A DNA stretch of 64,000 nt, taken from positions 425,372 to 489,371 of the forward strand of contig CALMBO010000029.1 of NCBI GenBank assembly GCA_937860055.1, written 5' to 3'. The position numbers were made by a program, and so were the translations under genes. Below, one piece after another: positions 46,834 through 54,987 of this stretch; within the stretch, counting starts at the first letter, position 1, and every line of letters starts with the position of its first letter. A model generated the notes under the pieces. That model made no database searches. It saw only the letters and a program-made list of their open reading frames with translations, and was not told the DNA's origin. This DNA is from an uncultured Verrucomicrobiota bacterium. GTDB taxonomy: Bacteria > Verrucomicrobiota > Kiritimatiellia > CAIQIC01 > Lenti-01.

Positions 46834-46969
46834 ACCCGTTTCCTCCTGAATACACGGACTCTGACAGTTATTGTTTAAAATACATTATGCGCCGCAACCG
46901 CGCCAAGGGATTTCCACCCTTTCAGGTAAATCGTTTTCTTTTCCGGAAACGCGCGCGGCCCAAGGCCCG

Positions 46970-47683
46970 TCAGGGCGTGGCGTCGAGCACCCGGTAGTAG
47001 CGCAACACGGTGTTGCTGGGCGCCAGATCATGGAACACCAGCGCATTGGTGCTCCCCATCTCCACATCGTCCGGCGTCCACGCCACCGGATTGGTGGCCA
47101 GCGCGTCCGCATGCTCCAGCCGGTACGTCCGGCCCACGACGGTTTCGGGAACCGTGATGGCGGCGTCGCGCCCCGCCACGGCAACCGACCCGATCTCGGG
47201 CAGGACGAACGCGGCGACGGTGATGTCGTCCACCCCCACGTTGCCGGTGACTTTCTCCGCGTAGTGGAAACGGAGATGCCGCGCCTCCGGCGAAGTGGCA
47301 TTCGTCCGGAACGTGGCAACGGCCGCCAGCTGCGTGTAGGTCTGCAGCGCCGTCCAGTTCGTGCCGTCGACCGACTGGTCCACGCGGAATGTCCCGCCCG
47401 AAAATGTGTTGCCCGCCACCCAGTAGGTCACCGCCCCCGGCGCCGATGAGAAATGGATGGCGATGAAATCGCCCGTGCCGTCCAGCTTGGCCGCCCCGTC
47501 GCCCAGGCCGTCGTAGCCCGGCAGGTAGTCGATCCCCAGCCCCGTGAACGTCCACCCCGCCGGCGGCGTGCTGTATTCCCACGGCCCGGTGTAGCGGGCT
47601 GGCAGCGTCGCCTGCGCAAACACCCAGTGGGCCGCCAAAGCCGCCAGGACCCCCGTCCATCCGGCTTTGCTTGCGGCCTTCAT
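46970..47683 (-). CDS. small exported protein: signal peptide + the N-terminal domain of the 43861 paralog + the conserved C-terminal tail
   Basis: 237 aa. QATLPARYTGPWEYSTPPAGWTFTGLGIDY...GNVGVDDITVAA is homologous to residues 21-160 of the neighbouring giant protein. The C-terminal RTYRLEHADALATNPVAWTP...LRYYRVLDATP matches the tails of the GEVED and GH13 proteins. Confidence 0.75.
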   Translation of the reverse strand: MKAASKAGWTGVLAALAAHWVFAQATLPARYTGPWEYSTPPAGWTFTGLGIDYLPGYDGLGDGAAKLDGTGDFIAIHFSSAPGAVTYWVAGNTFSGGTFRVDQSVDGTNWTALQTYTQLAAVATFRTNATSPEARHLRFHYAEKVTGNVGVDDITVAAFVLPEIGSVAVAGRDAAITVPETVVGRTYRLEHADALATNPVAWTPDDVEMGSTNALVFHDLAPSNTVLRYYRVLDATP

Positions 47684-47708
47684 GCTCCGCGCTCCGTCTC
47701 CCGCCGCC

Positions 47709-48752
47709 TCAGCCGCCCGCCGGGACCAGCGGCGTCAACATCGCTTCCTGGTAGAGGCGCTGCACCATTTCCACGTCCAGGCCGTGGCCCGACTTGTAGG
47801 AGATGATCTCGCCGACGAACAGCCCCTCGTCGATCAGCGCGATGGCCGCCAGCAGGTCCAGCGTCGACCGGTGCCAGACCGCCTCCAGCGACTTTCCGTT
47901 GTGCGGCAGCAGCGCCTCGTTCCAATAGCGCAGGCGCCCCGCGACCAGCAGGTTGTCGAACGAATAGCCCAGGTTGCGGATGTCCGCGAACAGCAGGCCG
48001 ATCGTCTTGCAATACAGCATCTTCATCGCCGACGTGTTCGTCCGCGCCGTCGCCCCGTAGGCGAACTTCTCCGGATCCACCGCGAAGCGGATGCGCTGCT
48101 TGCCGATCGCCGTCTTGAAATCCACCGCCGCGTCGATGGCCAGCATCGGCCGCGCCGGATCCGCCGGCGCCAGCGTCAGGAAGCCCCCGCGGCCGTTGCA
48201 GACCGTCACGCGCTCGCGGACGGTCACGTAGGGCTGCGGACGGTTCACCGGCCGCACCCCGGCGCTCCGGATCGCCTCGACCAGCTCCGTGCTTCCCCGG
48301 TCGAACAGCGGCGGATCGCCCGAATCCAGCCGGATCAGCAGGTTGTCGATCCCCAGCCCCATGCGCAGGCTGATCATGTGCTCGGCCATGCGGATGTAGT
48401 TGTGCGGGGACCCGCTGCGCAGCACGATGTTGCTGACGACGTTGCCCGTCGTCCATACGTTGCGGATCGAGCACCGCACCGGCAGGCTGTCGGGCAGGTC
48501 CGTTCGCTCGAACCACCAGCCCTCCATGTCCGTCGGGCACAGCGTCAGCGTGCGGAGGCTCTTGCCGAAGAACGTGCCGCGCCCCCGCACCGTCACCGGA
48601 CGCTCGATGGTCGTCTGCCCGCGGGTGGCCGGCGCCGGCTTCGCCTCCCCCATCATGTCCCAATCCACCGGGTGGGTCTTCCATGCCCGGACGCCGTGCT
48701 CCAGCGCGGCCACGGGACCGCTCAACAATCTGCCTGCGGGAATTTCAAACAT
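47709..48752 (-). CDS. lpxC: UDP-3-O-acyl-N-acetylglucosamine deacetylase LpxC
   Basis: TTIERPVTVRGRGTFFGKSLRTLTLCP...MAEHMISL..., with zinc-ligand region HAEH-like and AFSHAEDD. The true start is probably the internal MMGEAKP at approx 48656. Confidence 0.8.
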   Translation of the reverse strand: MFEIPAGRLLSGPVAALEHGVRAWKTHPVDWDMMGEAKPAPATRGQTTIERPVTVRGRGTFFGKSLRTLTLCPTDMEGWWFERTDLPDSLPVRCSIRNVWTTGNVVSNIVLRSGSPHNYIRMAEHMISLRMGLGIDNLLIRLDSGDPPLFDRGSTELVEAIRSAGVRPVNRPQPYVTVRERVTVCNGRGGFLTLAPADPARPMLAIDAAVDFKTAIGKQRIRFAVDPEKFAYGATARTNTSAMKMLYCKTIGLLFADIRNLGYSFDNLLVAGRLRYWNEALLPHNGKSLEAVWHRSTLDLLAAIALIDEGLFVGEIISYKSGHGLDVEMVQRLYQEAMLTPLVPAGG

Positions 48753-48773
48753 GGATGGATTATCTTCGAATGC

Positions 48774-50492
48774 TCAGGGCCTGACAAACCCTAAATTCTC
48801 CGCCAGCTCCTCGGCCTCCGCGCCGGGATTCCGCCCCGTCCACAGCACCGGGCGCGGCCCCGCCAGCGCGCGCTGGCGGCGCATCTCGGCGGGATTGGAA
48901 CTCCCGCACACCAGCGCGTCCGCATAATACGTCGTGAACGGCGCCATCGGCCCGCCATCCTCCACCAGCAGGCAGACGCCCTCCGTCCTCAGCATGCACG
49001 AAAGCGACGAAATCAGCTCCGCCTCCGCATGGCCCAGATCCACGCCAATCCCCCCCGGACTTTCCTCCCAGACTGCCGGATAATCGCACAAATACAGCGC
49101 CCGCGCGCCGTGATCCACCCGCCCAGGCAGGGAGCCGGCCCGAATCCAGACCGTCTTCGCGCCGCTCCGTCGGATGCGGTCCAGCAGCGCCAGTCCGCGG
49201 TTCTGCCCCATCTCCAGCATCGATTCCAGATCGGGATCGGGGTTCACCGCCAGGATGGCGTCATCGCCGCTCAACACGATCCGCGGTTCGCCCTGCGCAT
49301 CCTTCGCCGCGCACTGGAACGCGCTGGCCGCCCAGTCCCGGTCGCGGAAAAGGCCGGATGTCTTCAGCAGCAGATATTGCATCGCGTCGGCCCCGTCCCG
49401 GAAACCTCCCGGATGCGACAGCCTCATCGCGCAGGGCTCGAACACCGGCACCGCGTCGAATCCTCCCTGTGCCACGGATTCCGGCAGCGCCACCGCCCCG
49501 CCGGCGCGCGACAGCCGGGCCACCGCTTCCTGCTTCGCCGCCTCCGGATCCGCCGCCTCCCACGCATCGACCTCCAGCGAGAAGGTCGCGCTGCGGGGAA
49601 AGTTGCCCGTGGCTTTCGTCGCCGCCAAATCGAATTCCACCCCCGCCCGGTCCGGAGATCCGGACACCGCGCGGAACCGGCGCGGCTCCGCCAGGTCGGG
49701 GAACAATCCGACGGCCCCGCCACCGGCCACGGCCACGATTGCGGGCGGCATTTCCTCCTGCAGCACCGGCAAACCGGGCGCCCCCGCCTGCAGGAAAATG
49801 CGCAGGCGGAACCGCCGGGAATCGCTTTTGAGCAGCAGCAGCCGCCCCTGCAGGATCCGCCGGCCGTTCTGCCGCGGAACCACCGCCAGGCTCCAATCGA
49901 TGTCTCCCTCGTCCAGGGCTCCCGCATAGAACCGCGGATCGTCCCGGCCGGGGAACTTCCCCCCCTCGCGGGCCTGGCGCGTCGGATGCAGTTCCCAGCG
50001 CTGCCCCGACGATACATCTTCCAGCTCCATTGAAAGCCCTGCCTGGCGGCCTCCCGGCAGGAACAGCGGATCGATCTCCTGCACCGCATCGTCCTTCGCA
50101 AAAACCAGCGACCAGCGGTGGGAGCTGACCACCGATTCAAATCGGACCGAGAGCGAACGGACGGCGCAGGGACCGAACGCGTTGCGGGTCAGGGGCAGCT
50201 CGACGACCGCCGCCGGCGGGGCCTGCGCCTCCGCGACCGGGAGGATCCGTTCGCCCCACTTCAACTCCGAAACCCCCTCCGGGATCCGGCCGATCCAGAC
50301 CCCGTCCTCGAAGGTCCAGCTCTTGTCCGGCGGCGGCGCGGATTCCGGCATATCCGTCACGATGGCCCAGCCGCCGGCTCCCTCGTACAAGGTCGGCGCC
50401 CCGCCCGCCGCCGCCGCCAGCGCGCCCCATGCCAGCAAACCGGCGGCCGCGCCCCGGCCTCGTCCAGGGAGGATGCCGGGACGGAATCTCAA
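48774..50492 (-). CDS. hypothetical exported protein
   Basis: Likely TTG start with a GGAGAG RBS 6 nt upstream. A signal-like segment AAAGLLAWGALAAAAGG follows. The protein is about 572 aa and has no recognisable family. The upstream in-frame ORF extension is Arg/Gly-rich and looks like an artifact. Confidence 0.5.
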   Translation of the reverse strand: MRFRPGILPGRGRGAAAGLLAWGALAAAAGGAPTLYEGAGGWAIVTDMPESAPPPDKSWTFEDGVWIGRIPEGVSELKWGERILPVAEAQAPPAAVVELPLTRNAFGPCAVRSLSVRFESVVSSHRWSLVFAKDDAVQEIDPLFLPGGRQAGLSMELEDVSSGQRWELHPTRQAREGGKFPGRDDPRFYAGALDEGDIDWSLAVVPRQNGRRILQGRLLLLKSDSRRFRLRIFLQAGAPGLPVLQEEMPPAIVAVAGGGAVGLFPDLAEPRRFRAVSGSPDRAGVEFDLAATKATGNFPRSATFSLEVDAWEAADPEAAKQEAVARLSRAGGAVALPESVAQGGFDAVPVFEPCAMRLSHPGGFRDGADAMQYLLLKTSGLFRDRDWAASAFQCAAKDAQGEPRIVLSGDDAILAVNPDPDLESMLEMGQNRGLALLDRIRRSGAKTVWIRAGSLPGRVDHGARALYLCDYPAVWEESPGGIGVDLGHAEAELISSLSCMLRTEGVCLLVEDGGPMAPFTTYYADALVCGSSNPAEMRRQRALAGPRPVLWTGRNPGAEAEELAENLGFVRP

Positions 50493-51307
50493 TTGGAACT
50501 CTCCCGGCCGCCCGGACGATTGCGCTTCTTGCCGGTCCCGCGGGGGTCCAGGCCCTTCAGCGACTTCAGCTGGTCGCGGAGAAACGCCGCCTTCTCGTAG
50601 TTTTCCAGTTCGACGGCGCGGGCCAGCTCCTCCCGCAGCGTCTCCGCCTCGCTCCGCGGACGACGCCGCTCCACCTGCACCAGCAGTTCGCGCAGCGTTT
50701 CCAGCTCCGGCGGCGGCGGCACCGGCGAACCATCCTCGTTCGCCGGCTCGTAGTTCTCCGCGAAGAACCCCTCCAGGTCCTTCACCCCTTCGCGCACCGT
50801 CTTCCCGGCCTCGTCGAACCGTCCCGACTGCATGCACACCTCGGCGTAGGCGCGGGCCGACATCATGCGCATGTAGGGATAAAGCTGCATGAACTGCCAC
50901 GCCACCTCGTCGTCCAGCGCATATTCCGACACGATGTCGATCAGGTCCAGGTTGTGGTCGCAATCGCGCACCACGCCCTTGAAATCGCCCAGCGCATAGA
51001 ACGCCATGATCCGGTAGTAGTACTGCATGACCTCCTGCTGCAGCTCGGAACAGGCGTCGAAATCCAGCTTGTACGGCAGCACGTTCCCCGGCGCCCGCCG
51101 CTCCTCGTCGATGTAATGGTCGCACAGCGAAAGCGCGCCGCGGGGACGCGTCCCGTCCGGCCGCCCCTCGGTCTCCATCTGGAAAAGCCCCAAGTCCAGC
51201 CGGAGCTGCAGCTTCCGCGTGCCGTCGTCCGCCTCGATCCAGCGGGCGCTCACTTCGTTGGGATCGTAGGGCCATCCCCCCACGAGGCTTGAAATGTCCT
51301 TGCTCAT
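50489..51307 (-). CDS. hypothetical protein with C-terminal UVR (UvrB/UvrC-like) motif
   Basis: 272 aa. ELARAVELENYEKAAFLRDQLKSLK resembles the UVR domain. The remainder is unknown. Confidence 0.55.
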   Translation of the reverse strand: MSKDISSLVGGWPYDPNEVSARWIEADDGTRKLQLRLDLGLFQMETEGRPDGTRPRGALSLCDHYIDEERRAPGNVLPYKLDFDACSELQQEVMQYYYRIMAFYALGDFKGVVRDCDHNLDLIDIVSEYALDDEVAWQFMQLYPYMRMMSARAYAEVCMQSGRFDEAGKTVREGVKDLEGFFAENYEPANEDGSPVPPPPELETLRELLVQVERRRPRSEAETLREELARAVELENYEKAAFLRDQLKSLKGLDPRGTGKKRNRPGGRESSN

Positions 51308-51335
51308 CTTGAAATAGCCTCTGTCATGGAAAACA

Positions 51336-51359
51336 CCCCGGCCGGAAACCCGGCCGGGG
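51336..51359 (-). terminator. rho-independent terminator of the small K/C-rich protein gene
   Basis: CCCCGGCCGG-aaac-CCGGCCGGGG, followed on the minus strand by UGUUUUCC. Confidence 0.75.
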
Positions 51360-51385
51360 ATTCCGCCATCGGCGGCGAACCGCCC

Positions 51386-51841
51386 TTATTCGGCCGGTGC
51401 AGCCGGAACTTCCGCAGGGGCGGCTTCAACGGCCGGAGCCGCTTCGGCCGGCGCGGCCTCGGCGGCCGCTTCCGCCTCCTGGGCCTTGCACTTGGCCTTC
51501 TTTGCCTCGCACTTGGCTTTCTTGTCCGCTTTCTTCGCCTCGCACTTGGCTTTCTTTTCGGCCTTCCGGGCTTCGCACTTCGCCTTCTTCTCGGCCTTCT
51601 TGGCCTTGCACTTTTCCTTGCAGGCGGCCTTGTCTTCCTCGCTCATGCTCGCGCAGCACTTGGACTTCTTGGCCTTGCAGGCCTTCTGGTCGGCCGCCGG
51701 GGCTTCCTCCTTCTGCACCTCGACCGCCGCCTCGTCCTTCGCCGGCTCCTCCGCCGCCTTCTTCCCGAAAATCCACCAGGCCGGCGCGCTCGACGCCGAC
51801 ACGAACAGGGCCGCCAACACCATCATCGCCAGTTTCTTCAT
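51386..51841 (-). CDS. small secreted Lys/Ala/Cys-rich protein with 10-residue periodic repeats; hypothetical
   Basis: ATG preceded by a GGAGGAAG RBS. The signal peptide is MKKLAMMVLAALFVSASSAPA. The body reads CKAKKAEKKAKCEARKAEKKAKCEAKKADKKAKCEAKKAKCKA, with Cys every 10 residues. The tail is Ala/Pro/Glu-rich. The gene is monocistronic, with its own terminator. Confidence 0.75.
   Translation of the reverse strand: MKKLAMMVLAALFVSASSAPAWWIFGKKAAEEPAKDEAAVEVQKEEAPAADQKACKAKKSKCCASMSEEDKAACKEKCKAKKAEKKAKCEARKAEKKAKCEAKKADKKAKCEAKKAKCKAQEAEAAAEAAPAEAAPAVEAAPAEVPAAPAE
51482..51619. repeat. approx 30-bp coding tandem repeat (KAEKKAKCEA units)
   Basis: Direct DNA repeats of gcctcgcacttggctttctt...-like units inside the 51386..51841 CDS. 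Confidence 0.65.
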
Positions 51842-51906
51842 TGTCTTCCTCCGGTTTGTGAATGAACCATTTGCATGAGTATACCGCCATCCGGCGGGGC
51901 CGCAAC

Positions 51907-53025
51907 CTAGCAACCGTAGAATTCGGCGATCGAACCGACCACCCACCGGGCCATCTCCTCGGTCAGGTCTGGATAGATCGGCAGCGCCAGGGTCTCCTTC
52001 GCCGCCCGCTCGCTTTCGGGGAAGGCTCCCTCGCGGTGCCCCAGGGCCCGGAAGCAGTCCTGCAGATGCAGCGGAACCGGATAGTAGATCTCCGTCCCGA
52101 TCTCGCGGCTGCGCAGATGCGCCAGCAGCCCGTCGCGGTTCTCCGCGCGGATCACGAACTGGTTGTAGATGTGCCGGCTCGTCTTCGCCGCCGGCAGCTT
52201 CACCTTGCCCCCCTCCACGAGGCGGGTCTCCGCGAACAGCTTCCCGTAGCGCGCCGCATTCGACTGCCGCGCCTGCGTCCACCCGTCCAGATGTTTCAGC
52301 TTGATCGTCACCACCGCCGCCTGCAGCGCATCCAACCGGAAATTCCCGCCGATTTCGTGGTGGTAGTACTTCGGATCCATCCCGTGGTTCCGCAGGATCG
52401 TCACCTTCCGGGCCTTCGCCGCGTCCTGCATCGTCACCATCCCGCCGTCTCCGAAGCATCCCAGGTTCTTCGACGGGAAGAACGAGAAGCAGCCGTAGTC
52501 CCCGATGCTCCCCGCCCGCCGGCCCTTCCATTCCGCGCCGATCGCCTGGCAGGCGTCTTCGATCACCGCCAGCCCGTGCTTCTTCGCCACCGCCATCACC
52601 GCGTCCATGTCCGCCATCTGCCCGTACAGGTGCACCGGGATGATCGCCTTCGTCCGCGGCGTCACCGCCGCCTCCAGCTTCGCCCCGTCGATGTTGAACG
52701 TCTCCGGGTCGATGTCCACGAACACCGTCTTCGCCCCCACCCGCGCGATCGCCCCCACCGTCGCGAAAAACGTGTACGGCGTCGTGATCACCTCGTCCCC
52801 CGCCCCGATCCCTTCCGCCATCAGCGCCACGATCAGCGCATCGGAGCCCGACGACATCCCCACGCCGTGCGCCGCCCCGCAATACTTCGCCACCGCCGCC
52901 TCGCATTCCTGCACCTTCGGCCCCAGGATGAAGGCCTGCGACTTGCAGATTTCCAGCATCACCGGCTCCACCTCGGCCCGGATCTGTTCATACTGAGGCT
53001 TCAAATCCAACAGCGGGACTTTCAT
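51907..53025 (-). CDS. DegT/DnrJ/EryC1/StrS family PLP-dependent sugar aminotransferase
   Basis: 372 aa (MKVPLLDLKPQYEQI..., FSFFPSKNLGCFGDGG). Confidence 0.85.
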   Translation of the reverse strand: MKVPLLDLKPQYEQIRAEVEPVMLEICKSQAFILGPKVQECEAAVAKYCGAAHGVGMSSGSDALIVALMAEGIGAGDEVITTPYTFFATVGAIARVGAKTVFVDIDPETFNIDGAKLEAAVTPRTKAIIPVHLYGQMADMDAVMAVAKKHGLAVIEDACQAIGAEWKGRRAGSIGDYGCFSFFPSKNLGCFGDGGMVTMQDAAKARKVTILRNHGMDPKYYHHEIGGNFRLDALQAAVVTIKLKHLDGWTQARQSNAARYGKLFAETRLVEGGKVKLPAAKTSRHIYNQFVIRAENRDGLLAHLRSREIGTEIYYPVPLHLQDCFRALGHREGAFPESERAAKETLALPIYPDLTEEMARWVVGSIAEFYGC

Positions 53026-53643
53026 CGTATCTCCTTGCTATTTAACATAGTTGGATGAATATCGCATATCCGCCCCGAAAAATCACGCACAAAATGCCGC
53101 CTCCGCCCCCCTTCGCCTCGAAAACCAGCCCACGGATTCGTTTCTTCCCTTTTCAAGGACCGGGAGGCGCCTCCCATCTCAAAATTGGACAAAAATATCC
53201 GTATTTCTCGAGTTTTGGGCTCATTTTCCGCCCCAAACCCCATTTTTGTTCCAAAATGAGACATTTTGTCGCTCTTTTGTTGAATAAAAACGTTTTTTAT
53301 TGGAATTTTTCAAATGTTTTCTCCGTTTCTCCCCCGAAATCTCTGGACACCCCTCGGGGATGGCGTATGATGCCTCCCGTTTCAATGAACCGAATCGTTC
53401 AGCGTTCCGCTGCCGACCAGGCCCGGCCTTCCGCCGGGCTTTCGCTCTGTGTACGCCCCAACGCACCCCTTTCCTTGGAATACGCCGCCCTCAACCCGAT
53501 CCTTCGGGCCGATGCCGCATTTGCGGCTGCGACACCGGCCCGCGCCATCGACTTGGCGGTCTGAGTCAACCCTTCGCACTCGAGACCGCACCCCACCCGA
53601 ACAAGCCCGCTGGCACCTTGCGGGGACCTTGCGCCCCCACCCG
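53026..53643. promoter_or_regulatory. 618-bp divergent intergenic region: an AT-rich segment with several palindromes, then GC-rich hairpins
   Basis: There is no credible ORF; the predicted ORFs have odd composition. The palindromes are CAAAATG-aga-CATTTTG (approx 53252-53268) and AATAAAAA-cg-TTTTTTATT (approx 53283-53301). GC hairpins lie near 53420-53445 and 53505-53518, upstream of the GNAT gene. Confidence 0.5.
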
Positions 53644-54249
53644 ATGAACATCCAAATCCAGGAACTCTCCGCCAAACGCCTGCCCGAATCCGCTGAACTC
53701 CTCACCGATGTCTTCCTCAATCTGGAGCCGATGACCGCCGCGCTCCAGCTTTCCAGGGACTTCTATTCCTCCTATGTCCGCGCCGTGTGCGACCACTGCT
53801 TCGAAGACGGCCTCGCCGTCGCCGCCATCGATGCCGATGTCGACAGGCTCGTCGGCGTCGCCATCGGCCTCGACGACGGCAAGTACCGCCAGACCCTCCA
53901 TGTCATCCCCCCCGAATACCGCGCCGCGATGGAACAGATGAACGACTTCTTCGAGGAACTCGACAAGCCCCTCTCCCGCATCCCCGGCAAGTGGACCTAT
54001 GTCTTCTATCTCGCCGTCGCCCCCTCCTACTGGCGCGCCGGCATCTCGATGTCCATGCTCCAGCGGATGGAATCCCTCCTGCGCGGCAAGCGCTACGAGT
54101 ACCTCGTCTCGGAAGCCACCAACCCGAAATCCGAGGGGGCCTTCCGCAAGCAGGGCTACGTCGAGATCAACCGGCTCGCATACGCCGCCGCCCCCTCCTT
54201 CGCCGGCCTCCCCGGCGACTGCACGCTCTTCCTCAAGAAGCTCGTCTAG
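53644..54249 (+). CDS. GNAT family N-acetyltransferase
   Basis: Start at MNIQIQELSAK. The acetyl-CoA motif region is YLAVAPSYWRAGISMSMLQRME. Confidence 0.7.
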   Translation: MNIQIQELSAKRLPESAELLTDVFLNLEPMTAALQLSRDFYSSYVRAVCDHCFEDGLAVAAIDADVDRLVGVAIGLDDGKYRQTLHVIPPEYRAAMEQMNDFFEELDKPLSRIPGKWTYVFYLAVAPSYWRAGISMSMLQRMESLLRGKRYEYLVSEATNPKSEGAFRKQGYVEINRLAYAAAPSFAGLPGDCTLFLKKLV

Positions 54250-54339
54250 GACGCCTCCGGAAAGACCATGAAAAGGGCCGCGGGAAACACCCGCGGCCTT
54301 TTCCGGCATGCCTCGTTCCCCGCCCGGCGGCGGACGCCG

Positions 54340-54759
54340 TCAGATGATGCCCTGTTGTGCGAGGATGAAATAGATCAGCAACGCGCCCGCCGACAGGATG
54401 ACCAGGATCAGCTGCGTCTGGAAGTTGTAGTCCGAACGGCGACGGGCCCGGATGCGCCCCAAGACGAGCCCGGCGATGCCGATGGCCAGGCCCGCGGCCA
54501 GGATCGGCAGGAGCGAATGCATCCCCGCGCCACCGGCGGCTTCCGCCGTCGCGGCGGACTGGTCGATCTGCATCAGTTGATGCTTCCGCTGCTGGGCGTC
54601 CGCCAGCGACAGGAAGGCGAAGAGGCAGATGACAAGGACGGGATAGACCAGCAGCGTGACGTAGCGGAAAATCTTCGCCCAGATGTCCGGCTTGTTCTGG
54701 CGGCGATCCGGCATTCCCTTCTTGTAGGGCGCCCCTTGTCCAACAGATGGCTGTTCCAT
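54340..54759 (-). CDS. small hypothetical membrane protein (2 TM)
   Basis: Start at the internal MEQPSVGQ, which has an AAGGAAG RBS. Two hydrophobic helices are present. The upstream extension looks non-coding. Confidence 0.5.
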   Translation of the reverse strand: MEQPSVGQGAPYKKGMPDRRQNKPDIWAKIFRYVTLLVYPVLVICLFAFLSLADAQQRKHQLMQIDQSAATAEAAGGAGMHSLLPILAAGLAIGIAGLVLGRIRARRRSDYNFQTQLILVILSAGALLIYFILAQQGII

Positions 54760-54987
54760 GCGCGCTTCCTTTGTCGTGCGGTCCGGTTCCAAAACCACGC
54801 TGCGATTATGGGAGATGGCCCTGCGCATTGCAACAGGTTTGGAACGGAATCCGCATGGGATCCGAATCCCGGGCCGAAACCCGGGAAGGCTCCCCAGGGA
54901 TTCCCAGCGCCGGGTTGACTCCCCCCGGGCCACGGGGTAGCTTGGAACTCCAGTGGAAATCCGGCGGAAAGAGAGAAACGGTCGCAT

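Noticed and set aside
51482-51619. Regular approx 30-bp DNA periodicity that could be mistaken for a small CRISPR-like array or a mobile repeat.
   Set aside because: It lies inside a well-supported CDS with RBS, signal peptide and terminator. It encodes in-frame KAEKKAKCEA protein repeats, with no spacer/repeat alternation.
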